Positions 9,435 through 18,068 of a DNA stretch of 64,000 nucleotides are shown one piece after another (the stretch's first letter is position 1; every line of letters starts with the position of its first letter). Source of the stretch: Candidatus Sericytochromatia bacterium (GTDB lineage: Bacteria; Cyanobacteriota; Sericytochromatia; S15B-MN24; JAQBPE01); assembly GCA_035285125.1 (NCBI GenBank), contig JAYKHR010000159.1:1-64000 (forward strand), read 5' to 3'. A program made the position numbers and the translations under genes. The notes under the pieces are model-generated. The model was not told where the DNA came from and did no database searches. It was given only the letters and a program-made list of their open reading frames with translations.

Positions 9435-10715
9435 GTGAACTTCAAGCGGTCTGCTGCGCTCCTCGCGTCCTCCACCCTGGTGCTCGGCCTGGCCGGCTGC
9501 GGCAGCAACTTCGCCTCGGCCCCTGGGATGACCAAGCGCGGCCTCGCCTACAATGCCGCGGCCAAGCGTCGCGCTGAGAAGGGCGGCAAGTGGGCGATCC
9601 TGGTTCACCTGGCCGCTGAGAACAACCTGTATCGCTTCGCCCTTGAGGACCTCAACGAGATGGAGGCCGGCATCCCGACCGACGGTTCCGTCGACGTTTA
9701 CGTCTTCTTCGACGGCATCAAGAACGGCGACTCCTGCGTCTACAAAATCAAGCGGGACAGCGGCATGAACGGCAACATCATCTCCGAGAAGATTCCCGTG
9801 CCTTTCATCCCCGCCTCCAACGAGGTCGACTCGGGTGACCCGAAGGTCGTGGCCGCCTTTGTCGATTGGGCCGGCAAGAACGTGAAGGCCGACCACACGA
9901 TGATCTCCTTCTGGGACCACGGCTCGGGCATCTTCCACGGCGCCCCGAACCCCATCACCAAGGGCTTCGGCTGGGACGACAACGGCACGAACCTCGAGAC
10001 CTCGGACCTGACGTTGATCGGCAACACGTTCCGTGCCGCGGCTGGCAAGGGCTTCGACATCCTCGGCTTCGACGCCTGCCTGATGGCGCACGGCGAGATC
10101 GCCTACCAGGTCAAGGGCAACGCCGACTACCTCGTCGCCTCCGAAGAACTCGAACCCGGCGCCGGTTGGGACTACAAGGGCTGGCTGACGGCCGTGGGCA
10201 AGCTCGCTGAGAAGACCCCCGCCGCCGTGGGTTCCGCCCTCGTCGACACCTACCACGCCTCCTACCAGCCCGGTGGCTCGCAGTCGTCTGGCCGCGACGA
10301 CACCACCCTCTCGCTCGTCGACGTCAACGCCCTGACGGCCAACGTGGTGCCTGCCCTCAACGAGTTCGTCACCTCAGCCGTGGCCGCGATGGGCTCGGAG
10401 AAGGCCGCCCTGCAGGGGGCCCGCTCGAAGGCGCAGACCTTCTACAACCGCGACTGCGCCGACCTCGGCAGCTTCCTCGGCAACGTGAAGGCCAGCACCC
10501 GCGACAAGGCGCTCTCCGCCGCGACCTCGAAGCTCGATGCCGCCTACCGCTCGGCCATCGTCCGCGAGGCCCACTCGGCTGACAATGCCGGCGCAACGGG
10601 CCTGGTCCTCTACTTCCCGACGCCGACGCAGTCGATCAACGGCTCCTACGGTGACCCCGCCAAGATCGCCTTCGCAGACACCGCGTGGGGCAAGTTCCTG
10701 AAGGCCTACCGCTAA
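9435..10715 (+). CDS. Clostripain-family (C11) cysteine peptidase, lipoprotein
   Basis: RBS AAGGAG; lipobox LAGC; AAENNL...DLNEME, DSGDP, WDHGSG (catalytic His), GFDACLM (catalytic Cys), VASEELEPGAGW. Confidence 0.9.
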   Translation: MNFKRSAALLASSTLVLGLAGCGSNFASAPGMTKRGLAYNAAAKRRAEKGGKWAILVHLAAENNLYRFALEDLNEMEAGIPTDGSVDVYVFFDGIKNGDSCVYKIKRDSGMNGNIISEKIPVPFIPASNEVDSGDPKVVAAFVDWAGKNVKADHTMISFWDHGSGIFHGAPNPITKGFGWDDNGTNLETSDLTLIGNTFRAAAGKGFDILGFDACLMAHGEIAYQVKGNADYLVASEELEPGAGWDYKGWLTAVGKLAEKTPAAVGSALVDTYHASYQPGGSQSSGRDDTTLSLVDVNALTANVVPALNEFVTSAVAAMGSEKAALQGARSKAQTFYNRDCADLGSFLGNVKASTRDKALSAATSKLDAAYRSAIVREAHSADNAGATGLVLYFPTPTQSINGSYGDPAKIAFADTAWGKFLKAYR

Positions 10716-10733
10716 CCCGCGGCCTGGCCCTTC

Positions 10734-10769
10734 CCGAGGCCCGGGAGCCATATGGCTCCCGGGCCTCGG
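10734..10769. terminator. Perfect 36-bp palindrome after the clostripain gene (terminator or 3' stabilising hairpin)
   Basis: CCGAGGCCCGGGAGCCAT|ATGGCTCCCGGGCCTCGG; no clear U-tract. Confidence 0.55.
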
Positions 10770-10810
10770 CCTCTCTGGGGGGGCCGGCGGGGCGTGCTAC
10801 GATGAGCCAG

Positions 10811-12775
10811 ATGAGCGTCGCGTTCGAGCCATTCTTCCACCAGATCGTCTCCAAGCTTCCGGGCTTCGAGGCCCGTCCCCAGCAGGTCGAGATGGCCGGC
10901 CGCATCCGTCACACGATGGACGTGGGCGGACAACTGCTCATCGAGGCCGGGACGGGCAGCGGCAAGAGCTTCGGCTACCTGGTCCCCGCGCTTCACGCCG
11001 GCAAGACCATCGTGATCTCGACGGGCACCATCCAGCTGCAGGAACAGCTGCTCGAGAAGGACCTCCCCTTTTTGCTCGAGGCTTCCGGCCAGCAGCGGAC
11101 GGTGGCGCTCGCGAAGGGACGCTCCAACTACCTCTGCCGCCAGAAGCTCTGGGAGGCCGACCGCGCCGTCCACGCAGGAGACCCGCTGCGCACGGAGGTG
11201 GACCGTCTGCTGGGGCTGGCGGACGCCTGGGACGGTGACCTCGCCACCCTGCCCTTCAGCCCCGCCAACGCCTTCTGGCAGGAGGTGGCGAGCACCTCGG
11301 ACGACTGCCTGGGCAACCAGTGCGAGTTCTTCGAGCGCAACCCTTTCCGCCTGGCTCGCGTTCGCCTGGCGAGCGCCGACATCATCGTCGCCAACCACGC
11401 GCTCTACATGGTCGACCTCGCCACGGGCGGCGGCATCCTGCCGGACCACGACCTCGTCATCTTCGACGAGGCCCACCACCTCCCCCGCGTGGCGGTCCAG
11501 GCCTTCACCGCCAGCATCGGCCGGTATGCGCTCACCAAGCTGTTGCAGAAGATCCGGCGCCGGTGGCAGGCCCCGCCGGACCGCCTGGCCTTCGCCCTGG
11601 TAGAAGCCGAGAGCCGCCTGGTGGAGTGGATCTGGCGCCACGAGCGGCCCCAGTTCAGGCTCTACCCGGACGCGGATTTCCTCGCCATCGGCGATGCCTT
11701 CCTCGACGCGTTGCGCGAGCTCAGGGCCTGGATGGAGCATGGCCGCGTCGACGAAATGCTGTTCCCGGACGTCGCGGTGAAGTCCAAGGCGAGCCTTCAT
11801 CGCCCCAAGCTACTCCAGCAGGTCTCCAACATGATCGCGCGCTGGGAGTTCTTCACCAACCAGGTGGACGCCACGGGGGCGACGCGGGTGAACTGGGTCG
11901 AAACGCGTCGTGAGACGGGCTGGTTCGAGCTCCTGTCCGCGCCGCTCGACGTCTCGGCGCCGCTTGCCAACGAACTCTGGAACCGTCGCACGGCCGTGCT
12001 GACCTCCGCCACGCTCTCGGTGGGCGGCGACTTCAGCTACTTCAGGGGCCAGGTCGGGCTGCCCCCCACCACGGAGCAGGTGGTCCTGCCATCGCCTTTC
12101 GACTACGCCCGGCAGGCCCGACTGTTCACGCCGGACCTGCCAGAGCCAACGGCCCCGGCCTACGAAGCCGCCTCCCAGGCGGCCATCGCTGAGATCCTGC
12201 GGGCCTCGCGCGGGCGAGCCTTCGTGCTGTTCACGTCGTACCGCGCCATGCAAGCCGCCTTCTCCGCGCTGTCGCCCGGGCTCCAGTTTCCCTGCCGGCA
12301 GCAAGGGGAGATGCCGCGCACCAGGCTGATCGCCTGGTTCAAGGAAACGCCGAACGCCGTGCTCTTCGCGACCAGCTCCTTCTGGGAGGGCGTTGACGTG
12401 CCGGGCGAGGCGCTGTCGTGCGTGATCATCGACAGGCTGCCCTTCTCCGCGCCCGAGGACCCCGTCGTCCAGGCCTACGTGGAGCGCCTGAAGATGCAGG
12501 GACGGGACTGGTTCCGCGAGTACACGCTGCCGGAGGCCATCCTGCGCTTGAAGCAGGGCTTCGGCCGGCTTATCCGCACGGGCACAGACCAGGGAGTGGT
12601 GGCCATCCTCGACGCGCGGCTCTCGACCAAGGCCTACGGGCGCACCATCGTCAGGGCCCTGCCCCCGTGCACCCGGCTGTACGCTCCCGCGGACCTGCAT
12701 GCCTTCTTCGACGGCCTGGAGGGTGGACCCGATCCCTACGCCCCGGTGCTCGCGCCGCGCCCCCCCCAGGGCTGA
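10811..12775 (+). CDS. ATP-dependent DNA helicase, DinG/YoaA family
   Basis: Q motif RPQQ, Walker A AGTGSGKS, KGRSNYLC, DEAHH, TSATL, SPFDY, FWEGVD, LKQGFGRLIR. Start is ATG 10811 (or 10802). Confidence 0.92.
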   Translation: MSVAFEPFFHQIVSKLPGFEARPQQVEMAGRIRHTMDVGGQLLIEAGTGSGKSFGYLVPALHAGKTIVISTGTIQLQEQLLEKDLPFLLEASGQQRTVALAKGRSNYLCRQKLWEADRAVHAGDPLRTEVDRLLGLADAWDGDLATLPFSPANAFWQEVASTSDDCLGNQCEFFERNPFRLARVRLASADIIVANHALYMVDLATGGGILPDHDLVIFDEAHHLPRVAVQAFTASIGRYALTKLLQKIRRRWQAPPDRLAFALVEAESRLVEWIWRHERPQFRLYPDADFLAIGDAFLDALRELRAWMEHGRVDEMLFPDVAVKSKASLHRPKLLQQVSNMIARWEFFTNQVDATGATRVNWVETRRETGWFELLSAPLDVSAPLANELWNRRTAVLTSATLSVGGDFSYFRGQVGLPPTTEQVVLPSPFDYARQARLFTPDLPEPTAPAYEAASQAAIAEILRASRGRAFVLFTSYRAMQAAFSALSPGLQFPCRQQGEMPRTRLIAWFKETPNAVLFATSSFWEGVDVPGEALSCVIIDRLPFSAPEDPVVQAYVERLKMQGRDWFREYTLPEAILRLKQGFGRLIRTGTDQGVVAILDARLSTKAYGRTIVRALPPCTRLYAPADLHAFFDGLEGGPDPYAPVLAPRPPQG

Positions 12776-12782
12776 CCACGGC

Positions 12783-14162
12783 TCAGAGCCAGGCCTCCCC
12801 GAACCAGACGCGCTGCAGCAACTCAGCGCGCGACACCGGGACGGCTGACAGCAGCGGGTGGTACCAGACCCGCCAGGCCACCGCGGCGCAGGCAGCCCCG
12901 ATCACCACCACCCTGGCCGCGCCGGGCTGCAACGGCGCGGCCCCGCCCCCAAGCGCCCGACCTCGCCACCAGGCGAAGCCCAGGGCCCCCAGCGCGATGG
13001 CCGCGAGCGGCACGACCGTGAGGTAATAATGCATGAAGGTGAGGCTGCGCGGGGCGATCACCCAGCCCACCCACGCCGCCAACCCGAGGCCGCCGACGAG
13101 GCCCAGGCCCGGTTGCCCTCGCCAACCGGCGCGCAGAGCCCCGATGAGGGCTGGCACGCTGGCCCACCAGAGCACGGCGTTGCCAATGGCCCAGACGGCC
13201 GTGACGACCTCCCCGCGCCAGCTGAAGTGGTACCACACGGGCCTCGCCATGGCGGGCCAACTCCACCAGGGCGACTGGTAGGGATGCACCTCGGCCAGGC
13301 GCGCGTGGTATCCCCAGGCCGTGGCCTGAGCCTCTACCAGGGCCGTGCCCCAGCCCGCCAAGCCACTGGGGTGCAACGTGGCCAGCACCGGCAGCCAAGC
13401 CGCCACGTAGACCAGCAAAGGCACCGCCACCCAGGCGCCAGCCAGGCGCAAGACCGCCCGCGCCTCCCCACGCGTGCCCCAGGCGAGCCAGGCGCCAAGG
13501 GCGAGCCAGGGCACCAGGGCTGACCAGCGCGTGGCCACGGCCAGGCCGATCGCCACGCCCGCTCCCAGCAGCCACGGGAAGCTCCAACCCCTGGACGCAC
13601 GCCAGGCACACCCCACGGCTGTCAGCACGAGAGAGGCCTCCAGCACGTTGGTCTGAGCGGCCCTGGCGTGCACCCAGAAACAGCCGTCCAGCCCCAGCAG
13701 GGCCGCGGCGGCAAGGCCAGCCGCGCGGCCCCCGCCGAGGGCGCCCCCGAGCAGATAGGCCACGGCCACCGCCCAGGCGGCGGCGAGCAGGCTCGGGAGC
13801 CGCCAGGCCCATACGGCGTCACGGGCATAGCCCCCCCCCTCGCCCGGCGCCCAGCGCGCCGCGCGGGGCTCGAAGCCGGGGGCGAGCAACGCCAGCGAAA
13901 CGGCCACGGCATCCTTGAGCAGGGGCGGGTGGGACACCTCCGAGGGCGGCAAGCCCCGCGCCAGCAAGGCCCCCGACCGGGCGTGGAACACCTCGTCGAA
14001 GAGGGGCACCTGCGGCTCGTCCAGCCTGGGCAGGGCGAGGCCCAGAAACGTGAGAGCCACCAGCAAGGCCACCCCCACCTCGAGCCAGCCCCTTGCTGGC
14101 GCCAAGAGCAGGCTCCAGAGGCGGGATGCCAGGAGCCGAGAGCCTGTGCGGACCTGTCTCAA
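12783..14162 (-). CDS. Protein O-mannosyltransferase-like (GT39/Pmt, GT-C fold) membrane glycosyltransferase, copy 1
   Basis: FDEVFH (DE motif), HPPL, WRLPS, multiple TM helices, C-terminal HPYQSPWWSWP...GN..LWW. Start uncertain. Confidence 0.8.
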   Translation of the reverse strand: MRQVRTGSRLLASRLWSLLLAPARGWLEVGVALLVALTFLGLALPRLDEPQVPLFDEVFHARSGALLARGLPPSEVSHPPLLKDAVAVSLALLAPGFEPRAARWAPGEGGGYARDAVWAWRLPSLLAAAWAVAVAYLLGGALGGGRAAGLAAAALLGLDGCFWVHARAAQTNVLEASLVLTAVGCAWRASRGWSFPWLLGAGVAIGLAVATRWSALVPWLALGAWLAWGTRGEARAVLRLAGAWVAVPLLVYVAAWLPVLATLHPSGLAGWGTALVEAQATAWGYHARLAEVHPYQSPWWSWPAMARPVWYHFSWRGEVVTAVWAIGNAVLWWASVPALIGALRAGWRGQPGLGLVGGLGLAAWVGWVIAPRSLTFMHYYLTVVPLAAIALGALGFAWWRGRALGGGAAPLQPGAARVVVIGAACAAVAWRVWYHPLLSAVPVSRAELLQRVWFGEAWL

Positions 14163-14275
14163 GAACCCTCACCGTGGTATCATAAGGCGCTCATGCGGGC
14201 GCACAGCCCGCGGGCGGCGCCCCCCTGCGCCTTTTACCCGGCCGGCGCGCACCGGCCGAAGCCTGGAGGTTTCCC

Positions 14276-16771
14276 GTGGCCGAACTGCCCCCTCTGCACT
14301 CCGAGAAGATCACGCCGATCAACCTGCGGGACGAGCTCAAGCAGTCGTACCTCGACTACGCGATGAGCGTCATCGTCGGGCGCGCTCTCCCCGACGTGCG
14401 TGACGGCCTCAAGCCCGTGCACCGGCGGATCCTGTTCTCGATGGCCGAGAACAACCTGACGGCGGACCGCAAGCACCGCAAGTCGGCGACGGTGGTCGGC
14501 GACGTGCTCGGCAAGTACCACCCCCACGGCGACAGCTCGGTCTACGACGCGATGGTGCGCCTTGCGCAGGACTTCGCCTCCCGCTACCCGCTGGTCGACG
14601 GCCACGGCAACTTCGGCTCCGTCGACGGCGACCCGGCCGCGGCCTACCGCTACACCGAGGCGCGCATGAGCCGCCTGGCCGGCGAACTCATGGCCGACAT
14701 CGACTCGGACACCGTCGACTTCACGCCGAATTTCGATGGCACCACCCAGGAGCCCACGGTGCTGCCCGCCCGGTTCCCGAACCTGCTGGTCAACGGCTCG
14801 ACGGGCATTGCCGTGGGAATGGCCACCAACATCCCCCCGCACAACCTGCGGGAGGTCATCAACGGCACCATTGCCCTCATCGACGACCCTGACTCGGACG
14901 TCGCCACCCTGATGCAACACGTCAAGTGCCCTGACTTCCCTGGTGGCGGGACCATCATGGGCACCAAGGGTGCGGTCGAGGCCTACCACACCGGGCGCGG
15001 CAGCGTGACGGTGCGCGCCGTGACGGAGATTGAGATTGGGCGCAATGGCCGCCAGGCCATCGTGATCACCGAGCTCCCCTACATGGTCGGCATGGACCCG
15101 CTCTTCGAGAAGATTGCGGAACTCGTGAAGGACAAGAAGCTGGACGGCATCTCAGACCTCCGCAACGAGAGCGACCGCACGGGCATGCGCGGCGTCATCG
15201 AGCTCAAGCGCGACGCCGTGCCGCAGGTCGTGCTGAACAACCTCTACCGGCACACGTCGATGCAGCAGAACTTCTCGATGATCTTCCTGGCGCTGGACCA
15301 CAACAGGCCGCGGATCATGAACCTCAAGGACATCCTGCAGGCCTACGTGAACCACCGCGAAGAGGTCGTCACCCGCCGCGTTCGCTTCGACCTCGCCAAG
15401 GCACAGGCGCGCGAGCACATTGTGCTGGGCTTGCTCAAGGCGCAGGAACACCTCGATGAGGTGGTGAAGCTCATCCGAGCCGCCGACAGCACGGAGGCCG
15501 CCCGCCAGGCCTTGATGGCCCGGTTCGATCTCAGCGAGGTCCAGGCAAATGCCATCCTCGACATGCAACTGCGCCGCCTCACGGGCTTGGAGCGCGCCAA
15601 GCTCGAGGCGGAGCGGGCCGACCTCGCCGCGCGCATTGCGGACCTGCAGGCCATCCTCGCGGACCGCGACAAGCTGATGGCAGTCATCAAGGGGGAACTC
15701 CTCGCCGTGCGCGACAAGTACGGCGACGAGCGGCGCACCCGCATCGAGCATGCCGAGGGCGACCTCTCGACCGAGGATCTCATTCCCGACGAGCCGATGG
15801 TCGTGTTCATCACCGACCAGGGCTACGTGAAGCGACTCGGCCTGGACACCTTCGCCAAGCAAAGGCGAGGCGGCCGAGGTATCGGTGGGATGCAGACGCG
15901 GGAGAACGACTTCGTGCGTCACTTCTTCACCAGCTCGACGCATCAAGACGTGCTCTTCTTCAGCGATCGCGGCATCGTCTACCGACTGAAGGTTCACGAA
16001 CTCCCGGAGGCCTCCAGGCAGGCCAAGGGCATGAACATCGTGAACCTGCTGCAACTCTCCGGCGATGAGCGCGTCACGGCCGTCATTCCCGTGCCAGCCT
16101 TCGAGGACGGAAAATTCCTGGTGATGCTGACGCAGCAGGGCGTCATCAAGAAGACTGAGCTCACCGCCTTCAGCAACATCCGTCGCAACGGCCTCATCGC
16201 CGTGGCCCTCGATGAGGGCGACGCGCTCGGCTGGGTCCGCATGACCGACGGCAGCCAGAGCATCGTCATCGGCACGCTCGAGGGCATGGCCATCCACTTC
16301 CCCGAAGAGGAGCTGCGCCCGCTCGGGCGCACGGCTCGCGGCGTGAAGGCCATCAGCCTACGCCCCGAGGACCGGGTGGTCAGCATGGACATCAGCAAGG
16401 AAGGGGCCGACGTGCTCGTCGTGACGACGGACGGCTTCGGGAAGCGCACGCCGATCGAGGAGTACCGCTCACAGTCCCGCGGCGGCCTCGGCCTGATCAA
16501 CGTCAAGCTGAACGTGAACCGGCAGGGCAAGGTTGCCGCGATCCTCGTCGTGTCGGACAACGAGGAAGTGGTTATCGTCACGACCAACGGGGTAGTTATC
16601 AGACAGGGTGTCCGAGAGGTCCGGCAGACGGGCAGAAGCGCTCAGGGGACCCGCCTGCAACGACTCGGCGAAGATGACCGCGTCGTTGGCGTCGCCCCCG
16701 TGGTGGTGACCGACGATGATGAAGATGGCCCGGACTTCCCGGGCGTCGACGCCCCGGCCGAAACGCTCTGA
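14276..16771 (+). CDS. gyrA: DNA gyrase subunit A
   Basis: [43 protein letters not shown] (catalytic Tyr), GyrA-box QRRGGRG, acidic tail. Confidence 0.97.
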   Translation: MAELPPLHSEKITPINLRDELKQSYLDYAMSVIVGRALPDVRDGLKPVHRRILFSMAENNLTADRKHRKSATVVGDVLGKYHPHGDSSVYDAMVRLAQDFASRYPLVDGHGNFGSVDGDPAAAYRYTEARMSRLAGELMADIDSDTVDFTPNFDGTTQEPTVLPARFPNLLVNGSTGIAVGMATNIPPHNLREVINGTIALIDDPDSDVATLMQHVKCPDFPGGGTIMGTKGAVEAYHTGRGSVTVRAVTEIEIGRNGRQAIVITELPYMVGMDPLFEKIAELVKDKKLDGISDLRNESDRTGMRGVIELKRDAVPQVVLNNLYRHTSMQQNFSMIFLALDHNRPRIMNLKDILQAYVNHREEVVTRRVRFDLAKAQAREHIVLGLLKAQEHLDEVVKLIRAADSTEAARQALMARFDLSEVQANAILDMQLRRLTGLERAKLEAERADLAARIADLQAILADRDKLMAVIKGELLAVRDKYGDERRTRIEHAEGDLSTEDLIPDEPMVVFITDQGYVKRLGLDTFAKQRRGGRGIGGMQTRENDFVRHFFTSSTHQDVLFFSDRGIVYRLKVHELPEASRQAKGMNIVNLLQLSGDERVTAVIPVPAFEDGKFLVMLTQQGVIKKTELTAFSNIRRNGLIAVALDEGDALGWVRMTDGSQSIVIGTLEGMAIHFPEEELRPLGRTARGVKAISLRPEDRVVSMDISKEGADVLVVTTDGFGKRTPIEEYRSQSRGGLGLINVKLNVNRQGKVAAILVVSDNEEVVIVTTNGVVIRQGVREVRQTGRSAQGTRLQRLGEDDRVVGVAPVVVTDDDEDGPDFPGVDAPAETL

Positions 16772-16817
16772 ACCGGCGGCTCGGTTATCCCCGCGCGCAT
16801 CCAGGAGCACAAACATC

Positions 16818-17078
16818 GTGGGAGATTTCGGCTACCAAGCGGACTTCAACTCGGGCTACGGCTACCAGGCCGAGGTCGCCGCGCTGGTTCCTGAAGGCGT
16901 CCCGATGCTGGCGGCCATCCTGATTGAGAAGGGCATTCTCACGAAGGAGGGGCTGCAGGCCCTGCTCGATCGCCAGGCCAAGACCGGCGACTCGGTGGCT
17001 CAGGTGTTGATGGAGCTTGAGCTGGCTGCGCCAGATCAGTTGCTCGATGCCCTCCAGACGCGGGCTTATTATCGGTAA
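16818..17078 (+). CDS. Small stand-alone MshEN-like protein (86 aa)
   Basis: RBS AGGAG then GTG 16818; tandem motifs MLAAILIEKGILTKEGLQALLDRQ and SVAQVLMELELAAPDQLLDALQTR. Confidence 0.65.
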   Translation: MGDFGYQADFNSGYGYQAEVAALVPEGVPMLAAILIEKGILTKEGLQALLDRQAKTGDSVAQVLMELELAAPDQLLDALQTRAYYR

Positions 17079-17183
17079 GCGGGCGTTGCATCGCCGTGCT
17101 TTCGGGGTACGGATGGCACAGACCATTCGAGGGGTGTCAGGACACACTCGGAAGGGCGTCGCGACAGGAAAGGGTGGAAACGC

Positions 17184-17909
17184 TTGCGAGTCGGCTACCT
17201 GACGGATATCGGAAAAGTCCGGGAGATCAACCAGGACTACCTTTACGCCAGTCTGGACCACGGCGTGTTCATCGTCGCGGACGGAATGGGCGGCCATGCG
17301 GCTGGTGAAAAGGCCAGCCAGACGGCCGTCCAGATCATCACCCAGCATCTGAGCCAACCCGGGGCGGCCAACGCCAACGGACAGATGCTCGACGAGATCC
17401 AAGGCGCCATCCAAGAGGCGAACAGGCAAATCATCAACGCCTCGATGGAAGACGCTTCCATGCGGGGCATGGGCACGACGGCCACTGTCATTGTGACGCG
17501 AGAGGGCCTCATGTTCGTGGGCCACGTCGGCGACTCTCGGGCCTACCTGATCCGCAACCGCCGCATTGACCAGATCACCGACGACCATTCGATCGTCGCG
17601 CAACTGGTGCGGGCCCGTGCCATCACGCCGCAAGAGGCGGCGCGTCATCCCTACCGCAACGTGATCACACGGTGTCTAGGAATGCAGGTAGATGTCGAGG
17701 CCGACACGCAGCAGCGGGAACTCAAGTCGGGAGACCGCTTGCTTATCTGTTCAGACGGCCTGTCGGGGCTCGTCTCCGACGATGAGATGCTCCAGTACGT
17801 CGTGTCCTCCGATGAGCCTCAGAAGACCTGCAAGGAGCTGGTTGATCTGGCCCTGGAACGCGGAGGGTCCGACAACATCTCCGTGGTGCTGATCTTCAAC
17901 GACGACTGA
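17184..17909 (+). CDS. PP2C/PPM-family Ser/Thr phosphatase (Stp1/PrpC type)
   Basis: TDIGKVREINQD, VADGMGGH, GMGTT, HVGDSRAY, T.DHS, CSDGL, GGSDNIS. Confidence 0.95.
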   Translation: MRVGYLTDIGKVREINQDYLYASLDHGVFIVADGMGGHAAGEKASQTAVQIITQHLSQPGAANANGQMLDEIQGAIQEANRQIINASMEDASMRGMGTTATVIVTREGLMFVGHVGDSRAYLIRNRRIDQITDDHSIVAQLVRARAITPQEAARHPYRNVITRCLGMQVDVEADTQQRELKSGDRLLICSDGLSGLVSDDEMLQYVVSSDEPQKTCKELVDLALERGGSDNISVVLIFNDD

Positions 17910-18068
17910 TTCCTCACGGACGCTACGACGCGGGGTCAAGCAAGGTAACGGGGGTGTCATGTCGGTCGGGGTCGGGTTGCATCGAGTTGAGCGAGGACTG
18001 CCATCCCGCCCTCGGGTGGCGGTCCTGTCCCCGTGCGCGCCTCTGGGAATGACGAGCGAGGCCCGCGC

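Noticed and set aside
14276..16771. gyrA without adjacent gyrB, or possibly parC
   Set aside because: Split gyrA/gyrB is common, and the intact GyrA-box and acidic tail indicate gyrase.
17085..17984. Shared 9-mers GTTGCATCG and GGGGTGTCA in the gaps before the PP2C and kinase genes
   Set aside because: Order and spacing differ between the two regions; such short matches may be chance.
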